Position numbers and translations under genes: made by a program
Assembly (NCBI GenBank): GCA_031835245.2
Contig: JAVKOQ020000001.1
Location: forward strand, 620,001 to 684,000
DNA: 64,000 nucleotides
Reading direction: 5' to 3'
From: Balamuthia mandrillaris
Taxonomy: Eukaryota
Notes under the pieces: model-generated
The model's database searches: none
Told to the model about the DNA's origin: nothing
Seen by the model: the letters and a program-made list of their open reading frames with translations, nothing else
Shown here: one piece after another, positions 9,909-21,470 of the stretch
Layout of the letters: every line of letters begins with the position of its first letter
How positions within the stretch are numbered: the first letter of the stretch is position 1

Positions 9909-12900
9909 TCAACGAAGATGGGTTTCCAACATGTTCTTCAACAGTTCGAACCTTACTCGCTGTATTTTGTCAGCAAAAACAGGAGCAGCATAGGCTGCAT
10001 GTTCTCCATTCAGCACTATTTACGAGAACAGTTAGAAAGAGAGAGAGAGAGAGAAGAAGAAGAAGAAGAAGAAGAAGAAGAAGAAGAAGAAGAAACGCAC
10101 GTTTGAACAGCAAAAACTCTCGAAACTCGTCTGCCCTCATGGAAGCGTCTGATGGAAGATAAGGGCCGAAGGAAGGAACTTCATCTTTCCTTGCTATCGC
10201 CAATCTGGATTTCAAGAAAAGAAAGAGGTTACCCAGCGCCAAGATAGGGGGAATAGAAGAGTTTATTACCTATATCGAGCATCATCTTCAGGAAGTAGCC
10301 TTGTTCCTTTTTTAACACTGCTGCTTCTACGTTTGGGGCTTTTGGGACGTTCAAACTTTTCTTTGGAGGAAGGCCCATCCATCGAGTACGATACTGAGTT
10401 TCTTCGTTTGGTTGTTGTGGTGGAACTATCCTTCTGCTCGGCTAACGAAACCACCGCAAACACGTCTAAAGGAACGCAGTAAACAGCAGTCAGAAACATA
10501 AAAAGCCGAAACAACAAAATAAGAAAGAAGCAAGCAGAACTAATAAGAATGAAGAATCGTACGGTTAAACTCAGAAGTGATACATGCAGGGTCAAATGGG
10601 TGAGTGGAGTCGCTATCCTTGAAGACAATCATCAGGATATCGTTGCCCAAATGTCTCTTTCGCTCTATCTGTTGTGCGTCAGCTGGATAGTAGGGCAGCA
10701 GCGTCGATACATGGAACATGATGTTAAAGTTCTCCCACTCTGTATACACCGAATGTGTTCCCGTCGTTTTGCCTAAACAGAAGAGAGAAAGAGAGCAGAG
10801 AAGCAGGGAAGGAGAGGTTTGTTTTGCTGAACGAAAAGAAAATAGAGGAGAAACGTACCATTGACATCAAGGCCAGCTCGATAGAGAGGCCATCCCGTAA
10901 GCTCTATTCTGTCTCCCAACACGTCCAAAAAGTTTTCAAATTGTTCACTTCCGTGTTCTGTTTAGAAACAGAAAGTGAGAGAGGTGTAGAGGAGAAAAGG
11001 ATCTAAAGGAGAAAACAAGAAGAAAGCGGAGGACGAGAATGGGTTACCATTGTTGAACATTTCCTCTTCAGTGGTTTGATCACCCTTACAATACAACACT
11101 CCGATCTTGAAGTTCTTGACGACCTGCTTGGTTTCAAAGTCAAGCAGCTCCTGACAGAACGATGGGTCCTTCACCAGCTTCAACTTCTCTCCCGCTTCCG
11201 CCAACAACGGGTCTATCAAAGCCAAAGCATCTCTCAATGCCACGCGCTTGATGGTTCCTCCAAAGTCAGACTTGGGGAAGCACCGGCGAAGGTCCCCTTT
11301 CTTGCTGCGCAGCAACAGGCGAACTTGTTTCTTGTCCTCCGCTCGCTCCCTGCACAGGGAGGCCACCAAGGGACCTAACACCGTATCTGCTCCCGCATAG
11401 TTCTCGTGCTCTTTATAGTGGTTGATATGAGCGACAACGGAGATAACACAGTCCAGAAGAGCGGAAAACGTAGACACGAAAGAAGAAGAAGAAGAAGAAG
11501 AAGAAGAAGAAAAGGACAAAAAAGTTTACCTTTGCCATAGAAATAGTCGGTGTACCAAGCGATGTCGCTGACCTCGAACTGGAAGTTGAGCTCACGAGGA
11601 TTGGAGATGGGTTTGACGGGAGAGTCAGTTCTGGGCTGAGCACCGGTTTCGATGAGGTAGCCCTCCTTCTCGGTCACCAACCAGTTGCCTTTTTGCTCCT
11701 TTTTTTGTGGTTTGTTTTTAATGAAGAACAACGAAGAATAGCAGTGATAATAATAACAGAGCAGGACAAGCGAAACCTCTTCAGCAGGGGCAGGCGCACG
11801 AGGCCGAATGAAATGCTTCCACAGATCTCTCTTCACAGCGGCAAAGGTCAAGGAGGCGTGCACTATGGGCTCTCCGCCAACTGTAAACGAACGACTCCTG
11901 CTCCTAGTCCCGCCATCACCAGCTGACAAGCTATCTCCATCCCCTGCTGGCGCTGCCTCTGGTGCAACAACGACATCTTCGGTGGTGCTGCTGGCTGCTT
12001 TCTTGTTCCACGCGCTGGTAAAATCATTGAAGAGAGCCATCTTTGGAAGGGGCAGCAGAGGATTAGAGTTCTTCTTCACGAAGGCGCCTTTCGGGTTGGA
12101 GGGGGCGGTTAGCAAGGGAGACGCAGCAGAGGGAGAGGGAGGTGAGCTGGAAGCGGCGGAAGCTGGGACAGAATGAGATAGCGGTGATGAAGGGGTTGCT
12201 GAGAAGAAGGAGGACGAAGAAGACGAAGCAGACAGGCCCTTTGGAGATATCCGACTGGTGAATTGGTGAGCAAGTGCATTGCTGGAAGGGCTGTTCAATG
12301 GTTTGAAGGGAGAGGAGGAGGAAGACGAGGACGGTGAAGTAGTGGAAGAAGAAGGGGAAGAGGGAGATTGTGGTTGAGAGAAGGAAGTCGGAGAAGTTGA
12401 TACCGAAGGGATTTTGAAGATGTTGGACATGGCGCTGATGGAGCGGGATCGTTTGTGTCCTGTGGGTGGAGTGGTGGCCTCGGAAGTTGTTGTGGACGTT
12501 TCCCTGTCGCTCTCGCTCTCGCTTTCGCTCTCTGGGTCCACAGTCACGGGAGACACTTGATGGATGGTTTGCGCGTGCTGCGGTATGCGCGAGGTTGGTG
12601 TCGACTTGGCCAACGGGTTGCCGTTTTTGGTACTCTCAGCCGCTTCTTCGTTCTTTGCAACTTTTGCCTCTGCGTTGCTACCACTACCGGTCATTTCTGC
12701 TTTGATGGCATCGGCCTTCTTTCGGATGGTACGTGAGAGCTTATCAAAGGTAGATGCTCTCAGAATCTTTGGGGTTCTTTTGCCTTTGCTTTCCTTCACT
12801 TCCTTGGTTCCTTGATCCTTTCTATTGTTGCCAGGAGAAGTATCGTCAACGTTGCTGGTGGGCTCGACATCAGATGTGCAGCCAGAAAGGTCGCTGCCAT

Positions 12901-13978
12901 TAGGAGGTGGAGTAATGTTACCCTCGCTGGGCTCTCTGCTGAAACTTTTAGTGCTGTGGATGTTCCCTTCTTTGAACGCGGAGGAGGTAGGAGAAGATGA
13001 CGATGATGTTTTCCTGCTTGAAGATATGCTGCTTCCGGTGCTCTTTCTGATGACGGCCCGTTCCATCTTTGGAGAAGTAGCTTCAGGTTTGCTCAGTTTG
13101 GAGATTTGAGCGGCAATGTGGCTCCCTATGCTGTTACTTCGTGCAAGCTTTCTCTCTGGCTTGGGGGAGCTTCCCTCCTCTTTCTCTCCTCCACCGCTTG
13201 GAGTTATGCTGCTTCGACTGTGTTCTCTTCTCTTTCTGCTACTACTGACGGTGGAACCTCTTGAGCGCGAATGGGCTTTGCTGCCGTAGTTTTCCTCCTC
13301 ATCGTTGTTATTAGAGATAAGTTTGTGGTCATAACGATCCGAGCGAGGAGTTTTGCTGCCTGTGCTCCTTCTTCCGCTTGTGCTGCCGGTGGACGTAGAG
13401 GAAGATTTGAGTTCCAGCTTGGTCACCGCTCTTCTGTACACTCCGCTGGAGGCACCCGTTGCCTTTGCTTTTGTGGACTGTGAAGGAAAGTGGGGTAAGT
13501 AGAAAGGAAAACAAATGCAGGAGCGTTGTCACTTACGGAGGAACTCGAAGAGGATTCCGAGTTGGTGTCTCGAGGAACCAACGACAAACAAATCTTCCTC
13601 TTGGCACTCGCAAGTTGCTCTATTTTCGGGTCTATCTTTGTCAACCTGCTAAACTCCACTTTGATGACGCTCTGAATGCCGGTTAATGTAAGCTTCAAAG
13701 AAAGAGAAAGGTGAACGTACATCTTCGAAAGATAACCAGTAATCAAACTTTGTCTTATCAGCTAAACATGGAGTAACCTTGAAGATCTCTCCCTTTCAAC
13801 ATGACAAAGGTTATTTTACTTTTCCCGTGGATGCAAATGCCGGTGTACGTACTTTCACTTTGTCCACGGTGTAGCTCTGAGGGAAAATGAAGTTCTCTGT
13901 GTGAGATGGAGAGATCTGAACCTCTAGCCGCATGTGGGAGCCCTCTTCCTCCACAGTTTCGCTCTGCGGTGCTTCCAT
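9909..13978 (-). CDS. Rap GTPase-activating protein (Rap/Ran-GAP domain)
   Basis: [34 protein letters not shown]...[18 protein letters not shown] and [14 protein letters not shown] are RapGAP hallmarks. Reconstructed start [13 protein letters not shown] at 13978; long S-rich linker; stop at 9909-9911. Confidence 0.9.
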
Positions 13979-14680
13979 CGCTATTCTTAAATTGTTGTCG
14001 TTGGCTGTGCCTCAGCCTCCTATCAGAGTATCTAACGCACGAACAGGTGTCTAACTCCGAAACTCTTTATTGTCCGCTTGGGACCCTAAGGGACACAAAC
14101 CCTTCCTCGAACAGAACGAGACCTGGTCTCTTTTTTTTTTTTAAACAAAACCTGTTGCGATGGTTTTCTTTTTTCGTTGTCCTTAGATCTTATGATCTTT
14201 GCGCCGCCTTAGTGCAGTTCTGCCAAGGGACACATGTCGACGCAATTGGTATCATGTGGGCAACACCGTATCGGTCGGTCCTTTTGTTTTTGTATCCTGT
14301 GCCGCATATAGGGCTTGTATAAGAGCTGCAAAGGAACGCACACCAGTCCCCAAAACGTCCCCAAAAACATTGTTGGCTATGCTGAACCTATGCTATCATC
14401 AACTTTTCTTACAAAGTCGAAAGGAGCCCTCCGCAAGTTATCTACCTTGCATAGGTGTAGTGTAATGTGCGCACCGTTTGCCGGCGGTTCTGCATTGTGG
14501 GTGAGTGTGTAGCGCCCCTGTTCCACCTTTTCTCTCTTCTCGCTTTCCTCTTCCTCTTTTCTCTTGTTGTTCTGTGGCCAAGTTAGTTATTTGAGGCAAT
14601 CATTACGTTTAATAATATGAGACACGATAATCATTTGTTCAACCAGAAGAAAGACACGAGAACCGAGAACCTCTGAAGGA

Positions 14681-17600
14681 ATGCAACAGCCGGTTCGGTT
14701 GATCGACACAGTGAAGGAAGGCTTTCTGTACAAGAAATGCCCAGAAGAAGGCCAAAACGTGTGGAAGAAATATTGGTGAATGAACTCTTTGATCTTTTTG
14801 TGTTTTTTTAATCCCTTCTCTTATCTTACTTAATGCGTTACTGTTAGGTTTGTGTTGGGAAGGAAGGCCTTATCCTACCACAAGAAGCCAAAGGTACAAA
14901 CATAACATAACATAGCAAAACATTTTCGTTCATCAATGGGAAACACCCATGCTCATGTTTGGTTTATAAACAACAACAAAAAGGAACTGAAAGAGAAAGG
15001 AGCCTTGAGACTGGAAGGCGCTCAAGTGGTGCCCCTCCCCAACGATGAAAAGCCCAAACGAAGCCACTGCTTTGAACTGCGCTCGGCTGAGGCTCTCGCC
15101 GCTTCCTCATCTTCCTCTGTGCCTTCTCACTCGTCAGCTGGCTACGACAGCCCCACTTTAACCTCCTCCACTTCTTCTTTTTCTTCTGCTTCCTCTTCGT
15201 CTTCCTCCTCTGTACCTTCTGTTGCTTCCTCTTCTTCTTTGCCACAGAGCGAACAGGTCTACACGCTCAGCGCGCCTTCCGATGAGGAACGAGAGGAATG
15301 GCTGCAGGCTCTCGACACGGCTCTCCAGAACTTGCAACGTGCCGCCTCCATCTCCAATACTAACGGCAACAACACTTCCCCACAAGGCGTAGCAGTCGCT
15401 GCCTGTTCTCCTTCTCCGGCTGCTTCTTCTTCATCGTTGCCGTCTTCTCCTTCCTCCTCATTCTCCAACACAACCTCGCCTTTGCAGCATCCGCTTGTGC
15501 AACAGATAAGAAGAGAGGGAGGAGGACGGAGCCCCTCTCCCTCGTTTGACTTTACAGAGTCTTCCTTTACGGCGAGCGGCTCCTCGATAGCGACCACTAT
15601 GGGCTCCTTCACGGGCGGCTTCCAGAGCAGCAACATCGTGCCGACCAGCGTTGCGGCCGCTTTTCGTGCCACTGACTCGGACCTGGGTTCCTTTGGAGAT
15701 ATGTCAGAGCAACTGCAACAACAGGGAGAAGTGGTGAATAGTCCAAGAGGGGACAGACCCGGCGTTTACTCATTTACTGGGGAGAAGTTGCTGTTGGCGT
15801 ATCGGTACATGAAGCAGCGGTTGGCTGAGCAAGACTCTCCTCAGGTATTCTTTCCTGCTTGTCTGTCTGCATGTTGTTAGCCTTGTTTAAACTTGGAGTG
15901 TTTTGTTTTTCCTATGGATGACTTATGAACAACCACAACAGATATTGCACCTACCAGAGGGCAACGTATATCGACGCTTTGGATTCAGCATTGCCATACA
16001 AAAGTTGACAAAGGCTTATCCTACCATCGATACCATTCAAATAACGTATTCTTGTCCTTCTCCTTCTCGTCCTTCTCCGTCTTTCTGCTCCTCTTTCGCT
16101 TCAAATACTCTGATACGTAGTGCTTGCATTGCTATAGTGACTGTAAATTTGGAGGCGACTTTAGCCTCGAGTTTTGTGAAGTGGCTAAAGAAAACGCCCA
16201 GCTAAAGCGGTTGATCCTTAGCTTCTCTCGAGGATATAAGGGCAATGCTGGTGGTGATGGCGTTTTGCAAGACGAAGAAATCAGTCGGTTGGTTGCCGGT
16301 GTTCCTGGTATGCTTCTTCTCTTACTTTCTCTTGTCTTTTCTCTATCATTAACGTTTATTATCTTAGCCTCTTTGATATCTTTATCGTTTGATCGCTGCC
16401 CGGTTAGCCGTCAAGGGCTGGACATGCTCCTGGCTTCTCTTCCACCACACGTCTCTATTATTCACTTTAACAAAGTGAGCTTCATTCCCACTCAGATGAG
16501 CAGTCTAACCAATGCTGGTGGCAATCATCTTCTGGTTAGCTCCTCCTTTCTTCTTTCTTGTCACATGTTTCGTTAATGCATATCACAGGAACTTCGCCTT
16601 TGCAGAGCAAGCATCAACGATGAGGCTGCAAGTCTGCTTCTCTCCGCTCTCTCTGAGAATCAAAGTCTTCGCATTTTAGCCTTACCCCACAACCATATCA
16701 CCAAGGCCTCCACAGAGCACATTAGCCAGTTCCTCCTCGCCAATCAAACGCTGCGTGCCCTCGACCTCTCCTACAACAAACTCACCTCAGAGGCGATGAC
16801 CGCCATCTTTCTCGCCCTCTCCGCTGCTCAACAGAAGCTCCGCTCTCTGAACTTGAGAGGTAACAAGATTGGACATGCCTCTGTTTGGCCTCTCTCCAAG
16901 CTGTTGCAGTATAACAAGTCCCTTACTGAGTTGGATCTTTCTGAGAATCGTTTTAAAGAAGTTGACGGCAAGGTTCGATACTTTCTTTTCTGTTTTTTTT
17001 TTTCAATCTTCTATCAACATTGTTTTCTATTCCATGGTTTCTTCATTAACCATGATTCTCGCGTTTAATATCAGATTTTAGCAGTTGCAATTGCCGATAA
17101 CTTCAACTTGCTTTCGTTTGGCATCTCTTGTTCAAACAAAGACGCTGCCTCGTTGGAATGCGCAACTACGGCTGTTCCCATCGAATCCGCTGCTGAAGAC
17201 GCCTCTGCCTCATTTTCTTCACTCGCATCTGCTGCCACTTCTTCCTCATCTTCCACTTCTCCACAATCAGGAGATAGTTCTTCTGTAATCGTTGACAAAG
17301 AAACGAGTTCTTCTCCGTCTTCTCCATCTTCTCCCTCTTCTCCCTCTTCCAATTCCTCTATAGCAGAAGAAAAAGACACATCAGCAGCATCATCAGGAAG
17401 CAGCGTAAGTGCAGTTGGTGCTTCTTCTTTGCGAAAGGATAGTATTGCTTCAACCCTCAACAGCACTAAAGGAAGAAAAAAGAGGCTACGGCTTTACACT
17501 CTCTTACCGAATACAAGCGTTGGCATCAATGAAGATGACCTTCGTTCAATTCAGAATGTCATATTACGAAATGTACGTTGCACATTCTTTTTCTTTGCTT

Positions 17601-20600
17601 TTCTTTGTCTTATTTATTTTTTTTGTATAAAAACCATGGTAGAGGAATCAAGTTACAGATAGTTCAAAGAAAGGACGCAGGAGAGGGTTGTTGAGCTTTT
17701 CTAACGACTACGACCATTCCCGGCGGCAACTGTTGAAACTGCTCAACATTCGCCCCAAATCATTTCCTCGATTGGTTTGGCTTTTTGTTCGTCTTATTTA
17801 TAAATATATTTGTTGCTAACTGGACAAAACAGCAAGAAACAGAGGCGTATCAACGTTGTATTGAGTATGTGGATAATATTTATTGGCAAGGCTACGATGA
17901 GCAATTAACCTACGACTTTATTAATAATCCTCTTTGGAAATATGTACATACTTCTTCCTTTCTCTCATCATTCTTTGGCCTTATTCCTTTGTTGTGTTTG
18001 GCTCTTCGATGTTTTAATCGTTTATTTTTATGGACCATAAAAAAAAGGTTATTGGAGTGAATGCACCTTTTCTGAGACATATGGGGCATCTTTTATGTCT
18101 GAGCACACAAATACGAAAGCGAATGGTATCTTTTTTTCTCTCCAAGACTTTCTTTCTTTCTCTATTTCTCTCTCTCATTCTCTGTGAATTTGCTAATCAC
18201 TTGTGTACATCGCTAGGAACGCTTAAATACCACTTCGAAAGCGATGAAAGAAGGATATCTTCTCAAAAAAGGAGGTCGTAGAAAGGTAACCTTCATTCGC
18301 ACTTGTTCCCAACAGTGTATTAAATGACAGTGATGCTTTTCTGAACATTATAAAACAGAATTGGAAGAGAAGATGGTTCACTTTGAATGGGCTGTTCATC
18401 TTTTATTATGTCTCTCAACGGAACATGAAACGTAAAGGCATTATAGTGTTGGAGGAAGCTGCTATACGCTTGGAAAGGAATCTGGGAGTAACGCCAAACT
18501 CCTTCTCCATCGTTACGCCCAACAGAACCTACATACTTTCCTGCGAAAGCGAAGAGGACATGCAGAGCTGGTTGTCTGCCATCCGCGTGGTCAAACTTCA
18601 TCAGGGCAACAAGGTATGTTCTGTCCACTCCTCACTTTCTTCTATTCTCTTTATCTCTTTGCTAAGCTCAAAGTTTAATAACAGATCATCAAAAGCCAAT
18701 TGAGTGAAATAAGACATGGCATAGCCTCGCTGTGTTGGCAGTACCAACAACATAAGGGTTATCTTGGCAAAGGAAGGTCGGACATTCGTGCTTCCACGAA
18801 TTTGTAAGTATTTAAAAAGAATTTCTTTTTAAATACTTAAATGTTTTCGTGTGCTTATTTTATCTTTCTTATGGTTCTATAATGGCCATTTTAGAGGAGA
18901 TCAAGAGGAGACTTGGAGTATTCCAGCTGATCCACACACTCTATCCATTCTTCAGTGGTGGTATGTTTCTGTTGCATTTCTTCGCATTTCTTGTTTATTT
19001 TTTTTTAACTAAACTTTAACGTGATTTTACATATTTTTAAAAGGTTTCCTCAATGTTTAGAAGTATTGTCTCACTGTCTCCTGACAACTAACCAAGAGGA
19101 TACGCTGGACATTGTCTCCGCTCAAAGTAACAAACGTTCGGCTCGTGTAGGTGGCATTCCTTCCTCCTCCCTCCTGCGAGCCACCATGGAACAGGGCCAA
19201 ATCGACTTTGCGAGGGAGATCTCTCTCGTCTTTGCGGCCAACACAGCCACCGCTCTCTATCTCCTTACAGGGGAATACCTAGCTGATGCGGAGTTGCAGA
19301 ACAGCATGTTGGGCGCGTTCGCACTGCGCCACTATCCGGCTCGTGCGTTTGAGGATACAAAGGCACATTTCTCTTTCTACATTCGAACCAACACCCAAAA
19401 GACTTGATTGTTGTTCTTCGTTTTTGATTGTTGTTACTGACTTCTTATTTGCTTCTTTATTTCAGGAGGATAACAAGAGCAGGTTTGAGGCGTTGATGGA
19501 AAGTGTTAATCCGCTACTGAGCCCCAAAAACTCTCGAATATTGGGTCAAGCCGCAGAAAACAACACCAACACACGACCAGAGAACCTTGCTGCTCCTGAC
19601 ACGGCTTCCGTATAATTCCTCTTTGGTTCTCATTCTTTTATTTAGAATGCTCATTCTAACTTTTGTAACAGAGAACGATCACTTTGTTGAATGCATTGGC
19701 TGAATGTCAAGACCTTCAAGGCATACTTTTTCCCGTATTGAATCATCTCAGCAACGACGTTCTCTCTGAGTTGCTGTTCCTCAACAAACAACCCATTGTG
19801 AGCAGCACCTATGGACGAAGCACTGCCTCTGATCTCATCTACTTCGAAAGCCCTGTCGCTCCTGCCTTACAGGTTTGTTCTTTCTTCCGTGTCCTCTTCC
19901 TTCGTGTGTGTTCGGAAGAGACTGAACGTATTCCACAAGGCTTCATATCAGCAAGGAGGTGAGCTTGAAGGAGCTTCTCGTCGCTATTCATTCTTACCCT
20001 CCAGCATGGATCCAGGTCAAACTGGTGCAAGGTATGTTCTGCTTCTATCTTCTCTTTTGTGACTGACTGTGTTTCTTTTCTTGCAACCAGGTTCTCTTTT
20101 TCGCAGCCTTCTTCACCACTCAACTCGGAAGAAGCAACGCTGAAGGTGTTAGATGAGCCTACTCGTAAATTGCTCTATTCTCTTCGTGTCTCTACTCACT
20201 TAACCAAGCTCTACCTTCCCGCGAAGTCTGCTCTGCTCTACACCATATGGCTTGCCGAACATTGGCCTTCTGGTTTTATTCTCCTCGCCTCTCCTTTTAG
20301 CCATTCTTTTTAAATTTAACTATGTTTTGTGCAGCACAAGATGGTTTTGCAACAACCAACTCAAAGGAACGAGACTTGGCCATTCGGTTTGTATTTATAC
20401 TGCGACAGTTATTCCTCTCATTGATCGACTGTGAAGGTTGGTACAACAACAAACGTGTTGGCTTAACACCATCTTACTGTCTCCGTCTCTTTTTTCTTTG
20501 TAATTGTCAAGCTGGTATTTATGATGCTGAGGTTTATGCCATGTGGGTGTGTTTTGGGGATGTTGCGCTGGATCTAGGTACTCTCTCTTTCTCTCTCTCG

Positions 20601-20867
20601 CTTGCTCTTGCTCTCTGTCTCATATGACATGGTCGCTCACACCGGTTGGATTTATAGTGGAACATCTGGCCATTAGCGCAGCTCAAGGATTTGACCGCCA
20701 GTCCTCTCATGGTGTTCAGGTTCCTTTCTCTTCTTCTTCTCCTTCTTCTTCTTCTTCTTTTCTCGTTATTCTCTGTACTGATGATAATTGTGCAGGAGCC
20801 ATTACAAAAGTTGAACGAACTGTGTGTGCAAATGACGCGGTTGGCCCTCGCTGCTGCCTCTCACTGA
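14681..20867 (+). CDS. PH - LRR (RI-like) - PH protein with large uncharacterised C-terminal region
   Basis: PH1: VKEGFLYKK...WKKYWFVL...YTLSAPSDEEREEWLQAL. LRRs: LRALDLSYNKL, LRSLNLRGNKI, LTELDLSENRF. PH2: KEGYLLKKGGRRKNWKRRWFTL...SEEDMQSWLSAI. Last exon ends LALAAASH*. Extra 5' exons are possible. Confidence 0.8.
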
Positions 20868-21120
20868 AGCGCTTACTCTCGTTTCTCCCTCAATTTACCG
20901 CCTTTGTTTCCCGTAGCCCACAACAATTCTTCTTTCCACCACCACCACGCTACTTCTCATTCTTCTTCTTCTTCTTGATGCCTCTTGCACAGAATTGGGT
21001 GAACACAAAATGCTGATCGACAACGTAGGAGAAGGACAAGGACAAATGTGAAAAGACTGCAGCATCATTATCAAGTACAGAATTAGGTTATTCCATTGTG
21101 TGTAGAGGCAACGAAAACTT

Positions 21121-21416
21121 GAGCCCAACATCTGAAATAACTTGCCCAGTCTGCGACCGTTGTTGGGCTCTCGCGGTTGCGTGTCTCTCGGTCTTTCAGG
21201 TGGATGGATGATAGCATAATAGGAAACGGGCCGCAGTAAACTGCGACACGCAAAAGGACTGCCGCAACGGGAATGCTTCCCATTATCAGAGAAGGTAGGC
21301 GGCAGGAGGATAGCGCAAACGTCCTCTTCATTCCAGCTGTTTATCGTTTGTTTGCACCAGGAGGTAGAGGAGAAGGCAGCGGAATGGCAGAGGGGTCGTC
21401 TATATTTCATGACGAC
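21121..21416. ncRNA. Candidate structured RNA or structured 5' leader (unassigned)
   Basis: Six consecutive stems with 5-10 bp arms tile about 300 nt of intergenic DNA; there is no convincing protein frame. Confidence 0.4.
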
Positions 21417-21470
21417 ATGAATCTAAAGCCAAAAGCAGAAAAAAAAAGAAAAAAAAGAAAGAAACCCAAG

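Noticed and set aside
13980..14680. Short ORFs between the RapGAP and PH-LRR genes
   Set aside because: No consistent spliced frame or motif was found; they may be 5' UTR exons.
21083..21090. TTAGGTTA as a possible telomerase template in the structured element; also TAACCCTAAC at ~21948
   Set aside because: The matches are too short. The second lies at an intron branch-point position in ENOPH1. No telomeric array is present.
21283..21330. TTATCAGAGAAGG resembles the start of a SAM-I riboswitch upstream of a methionine-salvage gene
   Set aside because: The GCAACC and GGTGCxAA core elements and the closing P1 strand are not present.
20895..21410. 171-aa and 82-aa minus-strand ORFs across the structured region
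   Set aside because: No recognisable motifs or coding-like composition; better explained as incidental.
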